DNA from: Felis catus
Lineage: Eukaryota
Reading direction: 5' to 3'
NCBI RefSeq assembly: GCF_018350175.1
Contig: NC_058368.1
Span: 85,810,001 to 85,874,000 of the forward strand
DNA: 64,000 bases
The translations under genes and the position numbers were made by a program. The notes beneath the pieces are model-generated. The model had not been told where the DNA came from and searched no databases. It saw only the letters and a list, made by a program, of their open reading frames with translations. Positions 26,942 to 37,880 of the stretch are shown one piece after another (position 1 is the stretch's first letter; the number at the start of each line of letters is the position of its first letter).

Positions 26942-27390
26942 ATGTATTATTTATTCATTCATCTCTCTGAAGGTGCTTAGGTTGTTTCCATATCTTGGGT
27001 GTTGTAAATAATATTGCAATAAGCATAGTGGAACATATATGTTTTTGAATCAGTGTTTACATTTCTGGGAGGCTACATAGCCAGTAGTGGAAATACTGGA
27101 TTGTACAGTATTTCTGTTTTTGATACCCTAAAGTAACTCCCAGCTACTTTCCACAGTGGTTGCCCTAATTTAGATTCTCACCGACTCTGTTTGAGGGTTC
27201 TCTTTTCTCCACTACTTGCCAACAATTATTATTTATTATCTTTTTGATACTATCCATCATGATAGGTGTCAGATGATATCTCATGCTCTTTATTTGCATT
27301 TCACTGATGACTGGAGATTTTGACCATAATTATATGTGTCTGGTGGCCATCTGTATGACTTTTTGGTAAATGTCTAATCAGATCCTCTGT
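26863..27390 (-). mobile_element. Older L1 3'-region fragment
   Basis: ttccacagtggttg...ttttctccac...tttgcatttcactgatga matches the antisense of the L1 ORF2 end; contains (CA)n. Confidence 0.8.
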
Positions 27391-29029
27391 GTCAAACACA
27401 ATAGCACTACTAGATCCAGAGCCCCATGATCCTCCAGCTTCCAGTTAAAGAGAAGACCCACTATAATGGCCTAGCAGTTCTTGAAACTGCACATCTTCCC
27501 TGCCTGCTTTCACATAAGCACCAGAGGTATGTTTGGTCTATGTCTGGAGACTCTTCCCATGCTTTGACATTCTTTGATGTTCATACCTGGAAAACATGAA
27601 ATGTAGCCTTGCTGCTACCACTGTTTCTCTGGCTGAGGCACCCCTGCATGTCTGCTCAGTCTAAGCATATGAGAACTTTTTCTTCAGTGAGAGGCTACAA
27701 TATACATGTACATATCCAATTTATTGCTTGAAGTTAGTATCCATGTTAGTGAATCTTTTTAGGTTATCATAAAAGTTAGAATAGAATGTTTTCAGGAATG
27801 TTTGAGTACAAATATGTATATTTGTTCCTTGAGTCTGATTCACAGATACAATTCATGATTTCTCATCAGATTAGGTTAACCACCAAGGCAGGGACAGCAG
27901 CTTTGACACCTCAGAATGCAACAACACCCAAACAGTGTCTTACAGTACAAGTCATGGCCAGAACTCTGGATCTTTTCTGAAGAAGTTTTTAAGCAAGTCT
28001 GGGGTTGGGTATCTAGCACATCACATAGGTGGGAATGAGAGGATATGGGCACACTTTTCAATGAGGGGAATGTGTGTTCAGCCAACGACTCTGCAAACAC
28101 TCCACCTGTATTTGTTATTTGTTGTTAACTCTTGTGGTTGGTTATTTGTGTCTCTCTCTTGGTTTTTTCTGCTCCATCTTGCAATCAGTTTCTCAAACTA
28201 TAATAGATTTTTAAAAATAAACAGCTTTTATTTTAGTGAATTAGTATTTGTTCTCAATAACCCTCTTGTCATTTATTATAATTTATTCATTTATTATATA
28301 TTTAGAAATATTATATATATGAGCAGAATACATAGTTGTAGCTACATATTTTCTTTTACATTTAAATAGTTTGTATAACATATACAATTGTATGATTTTT
28401 GATTACTCAGCTGCTCTTTTTCTTATGGAGTAATATGATCCGATATAGTAGCCTCTGGCTATGTGTGGTTACTGGGCACCTGAAATGTGGCCAGTTTTAT
28501 AATGATATGCTTAAGTATAAACTAATTCACATTGGATTTAGAAGATGTATTCATTCTATTTGAATTACTTTTATTTTTTTCCGAGTTTATTGAGATTACA
28601 AATAAAATTTACATTTTAAGTGTACAAAATGGTAATTTAACATAATTTTATGATATACTTTTATCACTTTCTTTGTTAAGAAACCAAATTCATGTATTTT
28701 TTGAATGATAGTTTATAAACTTTTTTTGTTGTTAAGTCTCATATGTACAAAGTGACGTATGTAAAAGTGGCATATGTAGGGAAAGAAAGACATAGAAAGA
28801 TAGAGAGACAGAGAGATGCTCTTTGGTGTAATTATTAAATTATAATTAAATATATTAAACATTAGCATTTATGTATTTCAAATTTTGTACTTCATTGTCA
28901 ACATTTTCCTGTTTAATGTTTCTTTTTTACATGTGAACATTTTATGTTATAGAGCCAATATACTTTTCTTATAACCTACATATGATTGCTTATTAATAAC
29001 TAAATACTGGAAATTTAATATTAATTGCA

Positions 29030-31319
29030 TTTATTTTTTTCTTTTTAAAATTTAATTTTAAATTTAAATGCAAGTTAACATACAGTGTGATATTGGTTTC
29101 AGGAGTAGAATTCAATGATGCATCGCTTACATAAAACACCCATTGCTCCTCATAAGTGGCCTCCTTAGTAAACATCACCCATCTAGTCAATCCCCAACTC
29201 ACCTCCCTCCATCAACATGTAGTTTGTTCTCTATCGCTTAGAGTCTATTGTGGCTTGTTTCCCTCTCTTCACTTCCGCCCTTCCTATATGTTCATCTATT
29301 TTGTTTCCTAAATTCCACATGTGAGTGAAATAATATAGTATTTTTCTTTTATCTTTCTCTAACTGACTTATTTTCCTTAGCATAATATAGTCTAGCTCCA
29401 TCCACACTATGCAAATGACAAGATTTCATTCTTTATGGTAGCTGAGTGATACTCCATTGTATATATGTATGCCACATATTCTTTATTCATTCATCAGTCA
29501 ATGAACATTTGGGCTCTCTCTATAGTTTGCCTATTATTGATAATGCTGCTATAAACTTTGGGGTGCATGTACCCTTTTGAATCTGTATTTTTGTATCCTT
29601 TGGCTAAATACCTAGTAGTGCACTTGTCTCACATTTAGGTTTTTCATCCATTTTGAATTTTTTCCCTATGATGTAAGAAAGTGGTCCAATTTCATTCTGC
29701 ATGATGCTGTCCACTTTTCTTAGCACCATTTGCTAAAGTGGTTGTCTTTTTTCCATTGGATATTCTTTTCTGCTTTATCAAATATTAGTTGACAATATGT
29801 CTGTGGGTTAATTTCTGGCTTCCCTAGTCTGTTCCATTGATCGATGTGTCTGACTTCATGCCAGTACCATAGTGTCTTGGTGATTACAGCTTTGTGATAC
29901 AACTTGAGGTCCGGAATTGTGATGGCTCAAAATTTGGTTGTCTTTTTTAACATTACTTTGGCCATTTGGTGTCTTTCCTGGTTCCATACACATTTTAGAA
30001 TTGTATGTTCTAGCTCTCAGAAGAATGTTGGTGTTATTTTGATAGGGATCACATTGAATATGTAGATTGATTTGGATAGTATAGACATTTTGGCAATGTT
30101 TGTACTTCCAATCCATGAGTATGGAATGATTTTCTCTTTATTTGTGACTACCTCAATTTGTTTCATAAGCTTTCTATAGTTTTCAGTGGATACATTTTTC
30201 ACCTCTGATTATGCTTATTCCTATGTATTTTATGTTGTTTGGTGTAATTGTAAATGGGATCAATTTCTCTTTCTGCTGCTTCATTATTTGTGTGTAGAAA
30301 TGCAACTGAGTTCTGTACATTGATTTTATATCATGCAACTTCGCTGAATTCATGCATCAGTTTTAGCAGTTTTTTTAGGTGGAGAGTTTCGGTTTTTCAC
30401 ATAGAGTATCATGTCCTCTGTGAAATTTTTACTTCCTTCTTGCTGATTGGGATTATTTTTATTTCTTTTTGTTGTCTGACTGCTTGTCTAGGAGTTCCAA
30501 CACTATATTTAATAACAGTGATGATAATGGACATGCTTGTCATGTTCCTGAATTCATGGGGAAAGTTCTCACTCTTTCTCCAATGTGGATGATATTAGCT
30601 ATGTGACATTCATATGTGGCCTTTATGATCTTGAGATATGTTCCTTCTATCTCTGCTTTCTTGAGGGTTTTTACTTTTTATCAAGACAGGGTGCTGTATT
30701 TTGTCAAAAGCTTTTTTCTGCATCTATTGAGAGGATCATGTAGTTCTTATCCTTTCTTTTATTAATTTGGTGTATCACATTTTTTGATTGGTAGATATTG
30801 AACCAGTCCTGGATCCCAGGAATAAATCCCATCTGATTGTGGTGAATAATTCTTTTAATGTATTGTCCAGTTTGCTAGTATCTTGTTGAGTATTTTTATA
30901 TCCATCTTCATCATGGAAATTGGTCTGTAGTTCTTTTTAGTGGGGTCTTTGTGTAGTTTTGCAATAAAGGTAATGTTGGCCTCATAGAAAGAGTTTGGAA
31001 GTTTCCTTCCATTTCTAGTTTTTGGAATAGCTTCGAAAGAATTAGGTGTTAAGTCTTCTTTAAATGTTTGGTTGAATTTACCTGGAAATCCATCTGGCCC
31101 TAGAGTCTTGTTTGCTGGGAGATTTTTGATTACTGATTCAATATCATTATTTCTTATGGGTCCTTTCAAATTTCCTATTTCTTCCTGTTTCAGTTTCAGT
31201 AGTTTGTATGTTTCTAGGAATTTGTCCATTTCTTCCATATTGCCCATAATTGTTTGTATTTATATGATGTTAGTTGTGATTTCTTGCCTTTTATTCATGA
31301 TTTTACTTATTTGCGTCCT
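29030..31319 (-). mobile_element. 5'-truncated L1 (ORF2 3' half plus 3'UTR) with an internal deletion near 29625
   Basis: T-tail at ~29030-29065 and ORF2 fragments 29720-29902, 30017-30202 and 30855-31247 (GPDGFPGKF). Confidence 0.9.
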
Positions 31320-31539
31320 TTACTTTGTAAAGAAAGTGCTTGTCTCCCTACACCAGTTATGGTCTGGGTTGTGGAGCCAAGAGGAATCTTATATGGCCAA
31401 ACATATGTTTTGATAACTGTAATATGGACCCCAATGTCAATTAGACAAACCATTGATTGTCTGGTTTGCAAATTTTATTTGTAAAGTAGGTCTTGCATGT
31501 TTATGGGCTTTGACCAGAATGCTTCATTTTTAGGATTAG

Positions 31540-31900
31540 TGCTACCAAAATGTTTAGAGCCATGCATAGTATTGGCAGTTGCCAGCATCCAAAAAGGTAA
31601 TATAAGCAAATGTGCTATAGGGACATTTGTGGGAGTGTTTGAGTAAACAGAGGAAACAAGCATGATATGAATTTCTCCAGTAAAGTCAGAGTCAATAACG
31701 CCAGGTAAAACAAATATTTCCTTTAATGTAGTGCCGGATCTTCCTAATAGAAGTCCTATGTAACCGGGAGAAAGGGGGTCAAAAATGTCTGTAGGCATTT
31801 TCTTGAATTCCCCTACAATGCTATGGGTTAAGTTAGCTGTAAGGGCCAGATCAAGTCCCACACTGACAGATGTGGCAGCCAGGAGATCTAAGATTAGTCT
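31540..31900 (-). pseudogene. Retroviral dUTPase domain, degenerate
   Basis: Five dUTPase motifs in order: VGLDL, GRSG, GVIDSDFTGEI, IAHL and HGSKHFGST. Confidence 0.88.
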
Positions 31901-32425
31901 AGGTATTGATTGAAGGTTTTGTTGTTGTTGTTGTTGTTGTTGTTGTTGATTTGTGGATCCATTCCTTGGCATCCATGTTTCAAATTTGGGATATCTGACT
32001 CCTGTTTTGTTCTGCGGTGCAGAAGTTGCCCCCCCCCCCTTTTTAAGTTCTTCTAAAGAAGGTTACCTTGGAAATCTAGTTTTGATTATTATTGATAGAC
32101 CCAATGATATACTCCTTATAATTTGGGCATTTTGAGTAGGGCATTTTTGTTCCTGTGGATGACATTGTTTTTGAAAATGTCCCTCATTTCCACATTAATT
32201 TTTTGTTGTTGTTGTTGTTTTAATGCTTAGGCTAATAACACAGCTTTATAGGATTCACTTCCCACATTTTGGCAAGCTTTTAATAATTTTAGCAATACTA
32301 TGGTTCCATCCCTTTAAGGGAGCAAGGATCTTTTAGCAATCCTGGTTAACATTTTTATATGCCAATTGAACAGTTAAAACATTTTGGTCATCCACATTAT
32401 TAACTAGTCTTAAGATAGCAGTTGG

Positions 32426-32649
32426 AAGGGGCGCCTGGGTGGCGCAGTCGGTTGAGCGTCCGACTTCAGCCAGGTCACGATCTCGCGGTCCGTGAGTTCG
32501 AGCCCCGCATCAGGCTCTGGGCTGATGGCTCAGAGCCTGGAGCCTGTTTCTGATTCTGTGTCTCCCTCTCTCTCTGCCCCTCCCCCGTTCATGCTCTGTC
32601 TCTCTCTGTCCCAAAAATAAATAAACGTTGAAAAAAAAATTAAAAAAAA
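32426..32649 (+). mobile_element. Young feline SINE inserted in ERV gag
   Basis: Perfect 14-bp TSD aagatagcagttgg at 32412-32425 and 32650-32663. Confidence 0.97.
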
Positions 32650-33429
32650 AAGATAGCAGTTGGTAATCTTTCAATAAAAGATATATAGGGTTCATTTCCA
32701 CCTTGCCAGATGGTGGTGAAAAAACCCATGAGTGTCAGAGTGTCAAGAATATGGTACCAAGCTTTAGATGCTGCATCTGCGATTTGGGAGAAAGTCTGGG
32801 GTCCATGTTATATGAGCCTAGTCATTTACAGTTCCACTCCCAAAAGCATGTCTTTTCCAATAGGAATTCCATTAATTAAATTTTCTAATGCTGTAACATG
32901 TAAGGCATAATTAAATTCTTGGAATCAGAAGGAGTATTGGGCAATATTGAGAACTAGTTTAATTAAAGTTTTCCAGTTACAAGGGTCATGGTCGTTAGTT
33001 ATAAACATCAAAGAAACTCAAAGAGTGGGAGGAAACCACAAAGAACCTCCAGAAATAGACCAAACCCACATCTTGTATTTACCTGAAAGCATGGGAGGAA
33101 GTTGTGCAGTTTCAAGGACTACTAGGCAATTACAGTGGGTCTGTTCCCTAACTGGCTCCTAGGGTATCATGGGGCTCTGTTCTCACAGTGCTGTCATATT
33201 AAACAGCCTTGAAACCAGAACTTCATTGGCTTTTCAGCAATTACCCCATTCACTTTCCCAGGGCTTACAATACACTCTCTAAAAATAACTCCACAATTGA
33301 TTTTTAATTTCATATTGTTAGGGTTCAAAAAATTCTTCACATACTAGCAATATTCTTAAATTTATTGAGAGGTTTTGTTTTGTTTTGTTTTGTTTTTTGG
33401 TTTTTCTGTTGTTTATTTGTTGTTGCTTT

Positions 33430-33710
33430 TTCTTTATTTATTTGTTTCTCTTTATTTAATTTTTTTATTTTTTAAAATTTACATCCCAGTTAGTTAGTAT
33501 ATAGTGAAACAATGATTTCAGGAGTAGATTCCTTAATGCCATTTACACATTCAGCCCATCCCCCCTCCCCCAACCCCTCCAGTAACCCTCAGTTTGTTCT
33601 CCATATTTATGAGTCCTTTCTGTTTTGTCCCCCTCCCGGTTTTTATATTATTTTTGGTTCCCTTCTGTGTCTTAAAGTCCTCATATGAGTTGTATAATAT
33701 TTGTGTTTCT
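33430..33710 (-). mobile_element. Short L1 3'UTR fragment
   Basis: T-rich tail and carnivore L1 3'UTR (tttcaggagtagattcc...ccctcagtttgttctc). Confidence 0.8.
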
Positions 33711-33729
33711 TTGAACTTTTTTAAAAAGC

Positions 33730-34960
33730 ATGAAAGAAGTAATATGGGTAAATTTTTATCACCTTGATTTAACAATGTATTCTTAAGTAGGAGACCAAAA
33801 ATACAAGCAACAAAGAAAAAAACACATAAACTGAACTTTGCAACGTTTTAAAATAAATTAGTTTTTAAAAATAGTTTACTTTTAAGTAATCTCTACACCC
33901 AATGTGGGACTCTATAATCCCGAGACCGAGTTGCGGACACCACAAACTGAGCTAGCCAGGTGACCGGAAGATCATTGACCTTTAAAACTGTTTTGCATCA
34001 AAGGTCATCTTCAAGAGAATTAAAAGACAAACTACAGAATGGGAAAAATATTTGCAAAACATATACAAAATAAGGGTTTTATATCAAGGGAACATAAAGA
34101 ACTTTTAAAAATCAACAAGAAGACAGCTCAATTTGAAAATTTGAATAGATATTTTTTCTAAAGAAGATATATAAGTGACAAATAAGTACATAAAAGTTTG
34201 CTCAACACTGTTAGTCATTAGGGAAATGAAAACTAAAACTACAATGAGATATCAATTCACAACTTTTAGGAGGCTATATATATATATATATTTTAAAGTG
34301 AAAATAACACATGTTGGTGAGAATATGGAGAAATTGGAATGCTTGGACGTTGCTGGTGGGAATTTTAAATGGTACAGCCATTGTGGGAACCATTTGACAG
34401 TTCCTCAAAAAGCTATAAGTATAATTACCATATGATCAAACAATACCATTCCTAGATATATACTCCAAAAAATTAAAAACAGCAAGTTGAAGAGTTACTT
34501 TATGCCAACGTTCATTTCAGCATTATTCAGAGTAGCCAAAATGTGGAAAAAACACAAATGATCATCGTCACACGAATGTGTAAATTAACTATGGTAAATG
34601 ACAACAGTGAAATATTATTCATCATTCATAATAGGGAATCAATTTTAGTATATGGTCCAACATGAATGAATCTTTAAAACATTATACTAAGTAAAATAAC
34701 CTGGCACAAAAGGGAAATATTGCATGTTTAACTGACATTAAATAGGTAGACTAATCAAATGTTATAGAAACAGAAAGTAGATTAGAGTCAAGGAGAGTTG
34801 GCAAGTGGAGACAGGAAAGCTACTGTTTAATAGTCACAGATAATCCATTCAGTGTGATAAAAAATATTTGCAAACAGTAGTGATTGCACAACAGATTATA
34901 CACTTGATAATGATTAAAATGTCACATTCTATGTTTATGAATCTTTCTGCCATCTAAATA
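33730..34960 (+). mobile_element. Ancient L1 3' fragment containing a short old carnivore SINE (~33870-33965, - strand)
   Basis: Typical L1 ORF2 C-terminal and 3' sequence (gaatgggaaaaatatttgcaaaacatatac; ttagtcattagggaaatg). Confidence 0.8.
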
Positions 34961-35308
34961 TCCTCTCTATACCTATCTATCTATTGTTATTATATATTTA
35001 TATAATTTATGTCCATGGTATATGTCTACAAATATAAAGTATTTTATCTCTATATATTTCTATATACATATAATTTTTTCTCCATAATGATGACATTGCA
35101 GGTAGAAATATTTAGCACCAGGCTATTGATTTAAAGCCTATTAAAGTTTTACCTTTATCCCCACACCCTGTATTCCACCTGTATTCTGTTATCTTTAGGT
35201 TGAATCTAAATGATATAGATTATAGATAGATATAGATATAGATACATATATATCTGTATAATTTATTATATATATATATACAATCTCTCTCTCTATCTAT
35301 CTACCTAA

Positions 35309-35348
<40 letters not shown>

Positions 35349-35516
35349 CATGACATCTTCAAACAACAGCAGGGAGCTCTCTGAAAACCTGAATCCATCA
35401 AATTTGACTAATAGTGAAAATTCTTGTGAGTAAAAAGAGAACCTCAACCAGGCCCTAGATGAGTTCTACTAATAAATACATTTTTGTCTGTTCTTTTTTT
35501 CCTTTTTTCCTTTTAT

Positions 35517-35537
35517 GTTCACTCAAGAAGAAGCATG
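35517..35537 (+). pseudogene. Probable 21-nt cytoplasmic heptad micro-exon of the BTN-like gene with a degenerate acceptor (AT instead of AG)
   Basis: Long polypyrimidine tract (35481-35514), then at|GTTCACTCAAGAAGAAGCATG|gtgagt. The 21 nt in phase 1 read GSLKKKH and end at a consensus donor. BTN genes have 21/27-nt exons after the TM exon. Confidence 0.55.
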
Positions 35538-35869
35538 GTGAGTTGGTTTACTTCTAAGTCAGAGCAGTTCACATGTCCATTTAGAAGATAGAGTCATAGA
35601 TTCAAGTTGTGTCTGACAAACACGATTGAAAGAAAAGATTGCAGGAATTGTGTAGGCTTAGAAAGTTCCCATAGAACTAATCTTTTCCATATTAAAATAG
35701 AGAGACCAGGGTGAGAACTTAGGGAAAGGCTCGTGAACTGTTTATTACATATGAGCATTGTTCTAGCCAAAATGCTGAGGAGTCACTGTGTTTTGTCACT
35801 TTTAGAGATCTAGGAGAGAAACACTGTACCATTCTGTGCATTAGGTTATTTCTAAGGACCAAATAGAGA

Positions 35870-36050
35870 AAATGCTCTCAAACCCAACATCCATAAGAAT
35901 CCCAGGGAGAGCACATTTTGCTGGGACATAGCTCAAAATTTTTGATTCAATATTTCTGAATTGGGCTCAGATATTGGCATTTCTACCAAGATCTCAGGTT
36001 AGAATTGCTGATGATGCTGAACCAGGAGCTACACCAGAAAGAATGATGCT
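35870..36050. mobile_element. MER5A-like DNA transposon
   Basis: cataagaatcccagggaga...tgattca...ggcatttctaccaagatctcaggt...gatgctg. Confidence 0.5.
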
Positions 36051-36092
36051 GTATCAAAATTTATTTGATGATTTACAAAAGTATTAAGAACT

Positions 36093-36279
36093 GGGGTGCC
36101 TGGGTGTCTCAGATGGTTAAGCATCTGACTCTTGATTTCTGCTCAGGTCATGATCTCATGGTTCATGAATTTGAGCCCCATTTCAGGCTTCATGCTGGTG
36201 GTGCAGAGCCTGCATGGGATCTTTCTTCCTCTCTCCCTGCACTTCCCCCTCTCTCAAAAATAAATAAACTTAAAAAAAT
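36093..36279 (+). mobile_element. Can-SINE, older subfamily
   Basis: Body plus tail; TSD ttaagaac on both sides. Confidence 0.9.
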
Positions 36280-36975
36280 ATTAAGAACCATTAAACATTA
36301 GAATTTAAATTTTATTTATAATTACCTGATGGATTAAAATAATACCAAGTACTAATGCACAAGAAATACATCAAATCCAGGAAGAAGACATGCAGGCTAG
36401 CTGCATGGAACTTGATGCCATTTAACCTTTGGTATTACAATTTGAGAATAAGAGGTAAGAAACAAGAATAGCCCAAGACTTCTTTGTAATTTTAGCATTT
36501 TTCCGCTTTAAGTATCAGTGAAAAAAACAATGATTAAGTACTGCAAAATGTTAAATCATTAAGAGAGACCAGAGTACTTTTGAAAACTGAAATTGTACCC
36601 TCTTGCTCACTTTGGATTGTGATAGATGCATTTACTTGCACTTAGGTACAATGACTACAATACTGTAAGATGTAGATATTGACCATTATTCCTAGTCTTA
36701 TGCCCAGGACATGGTGTAGCTGAATGAGTCCAGGCCCTTAGTGAGACAGAGCCCTGGAGCTGAAAAGACAATGCAACTCTGGGAAAGTCAGATATTGGAG
36801 ACAAAAAGTAGTGCCCTATTGCAGGAATTTTGAAGAGGGTGTTCTGGGTTTAATCATGTACACAGGTGTCTTGGGGAGTAGGAGATTCTAGACACAATAG
36901 AAGTTTAATTGCCTTCTCTGGAGACAGGTTTCCAGATAGAAAGAATATCCGGGTATTTGTAATGTATTTTTTAAT

Positions 36976-37197
36976 ATTTATTTATTTATTATTTTTAACG
37001 TTTATTTAATATTTTTGAAGGACACAGACACATGAGTTGGGGAGGAACAGAGAGAGAGGGAGACACAGAATCTGAAGCAGGCTCCAGGCTCTGAGCTGGG
37101 AGCACAGAGCCCAACAGGGCCCTCAAACCCATGAACTGTGAGATCATGACCTGAGCTGAAGACAGATGCTTAACCCACTGAGTCACCTGGGCAGCCC
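36976..37197 (-). mobile_element. Can-SINE
   Basis: TSD taatgtattttttaat at 36960-36975 and 37200-37215. Confidence 0.92.
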
Positions 37198-37543
37198 TTT
37201 AATGTATTTTTTAATTAAATTAAAGTTAACATACACTGTTGAACTTGTCAGGTGTATATTTGTTATGCAATTCAATACATTATTCAATATTTACCACAAT
37301 AAGTGTAGTCACCATCTTTCACTATATATTATTACAATATTACTGCCTATATCCTTTATGCTGTACTTTTCATTTTGTGACTTATTTATTTTATAAGTAC
37401 AAGTTTGAATACTTAGTACTCCTTTTTTTGCCCATCCAACCACCCACTACCTCTCTGGCAACAATAATTTGTTCTCTGTATTTAAGAGTTTGCCTTTTGT
37501 CTGTTTCACAGTTTTTGTTTTTCTGGGTTTGTTTATTTATTTA

Positions 37544-37585
<42 letters not shown>

Positions 37586-37880
37586 CTTTGGAATCCACAT
37601 ATAAGTGAAATCATGTGGTATGTCTCTGTATGACATATTTCACTTATAAAATACCCTCTAGAACTATGCATGTTCTGGAAAATGGCAAGATCTCATTTCT
37701 TAAAGCTAAGTAAGTGTGTGTGTGTATATATATATATATATAAATATATATATATATCTATCACATATTTCCTACTCATTTATTTTTCTATTAATACTTG
37801 TTTTGTCTTCATATGTTGGCTATTATAAGTAATGTAGCAACTTACAGAAAGGTGTGTATATCCTTTAAAGTTAGTGTTTT

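Larger units (their letters stand above)
31320..33360 (-). mobile_element. Class II (betaretrovirus-like) ERV internal fragment: gag (CA, NC) - dUTPase - protease; degraded, no LTRs
   Basis: Hand translation of the - strand gives the major homology region IWQGGNEPYISFIERL (~32665-32712), capsid C-terminus QLAYKNVNQDC*KILAPLKG...IKACQNVGSESYKA, knuckle remnants CGNEGHFQKQC and CPNYK..YHW...SKLDFQGN, dUTPase ORF 31475-31972 and protease LIDIGVHITVI...WP...ITGVG. The gag-side boundary is approximate. Confidence 0.9.

Noticed and set aside
27935..28369. 144-aa ORF
   Set aside because: Low-complexity AT-rich C-terminal half, no recognisable domain and no splice context.
35806..35826. Second candidate micro-exon after ttttag
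   Set aside because: 20 nt to the nearest GT, a weak donor and an in-frame TAG.
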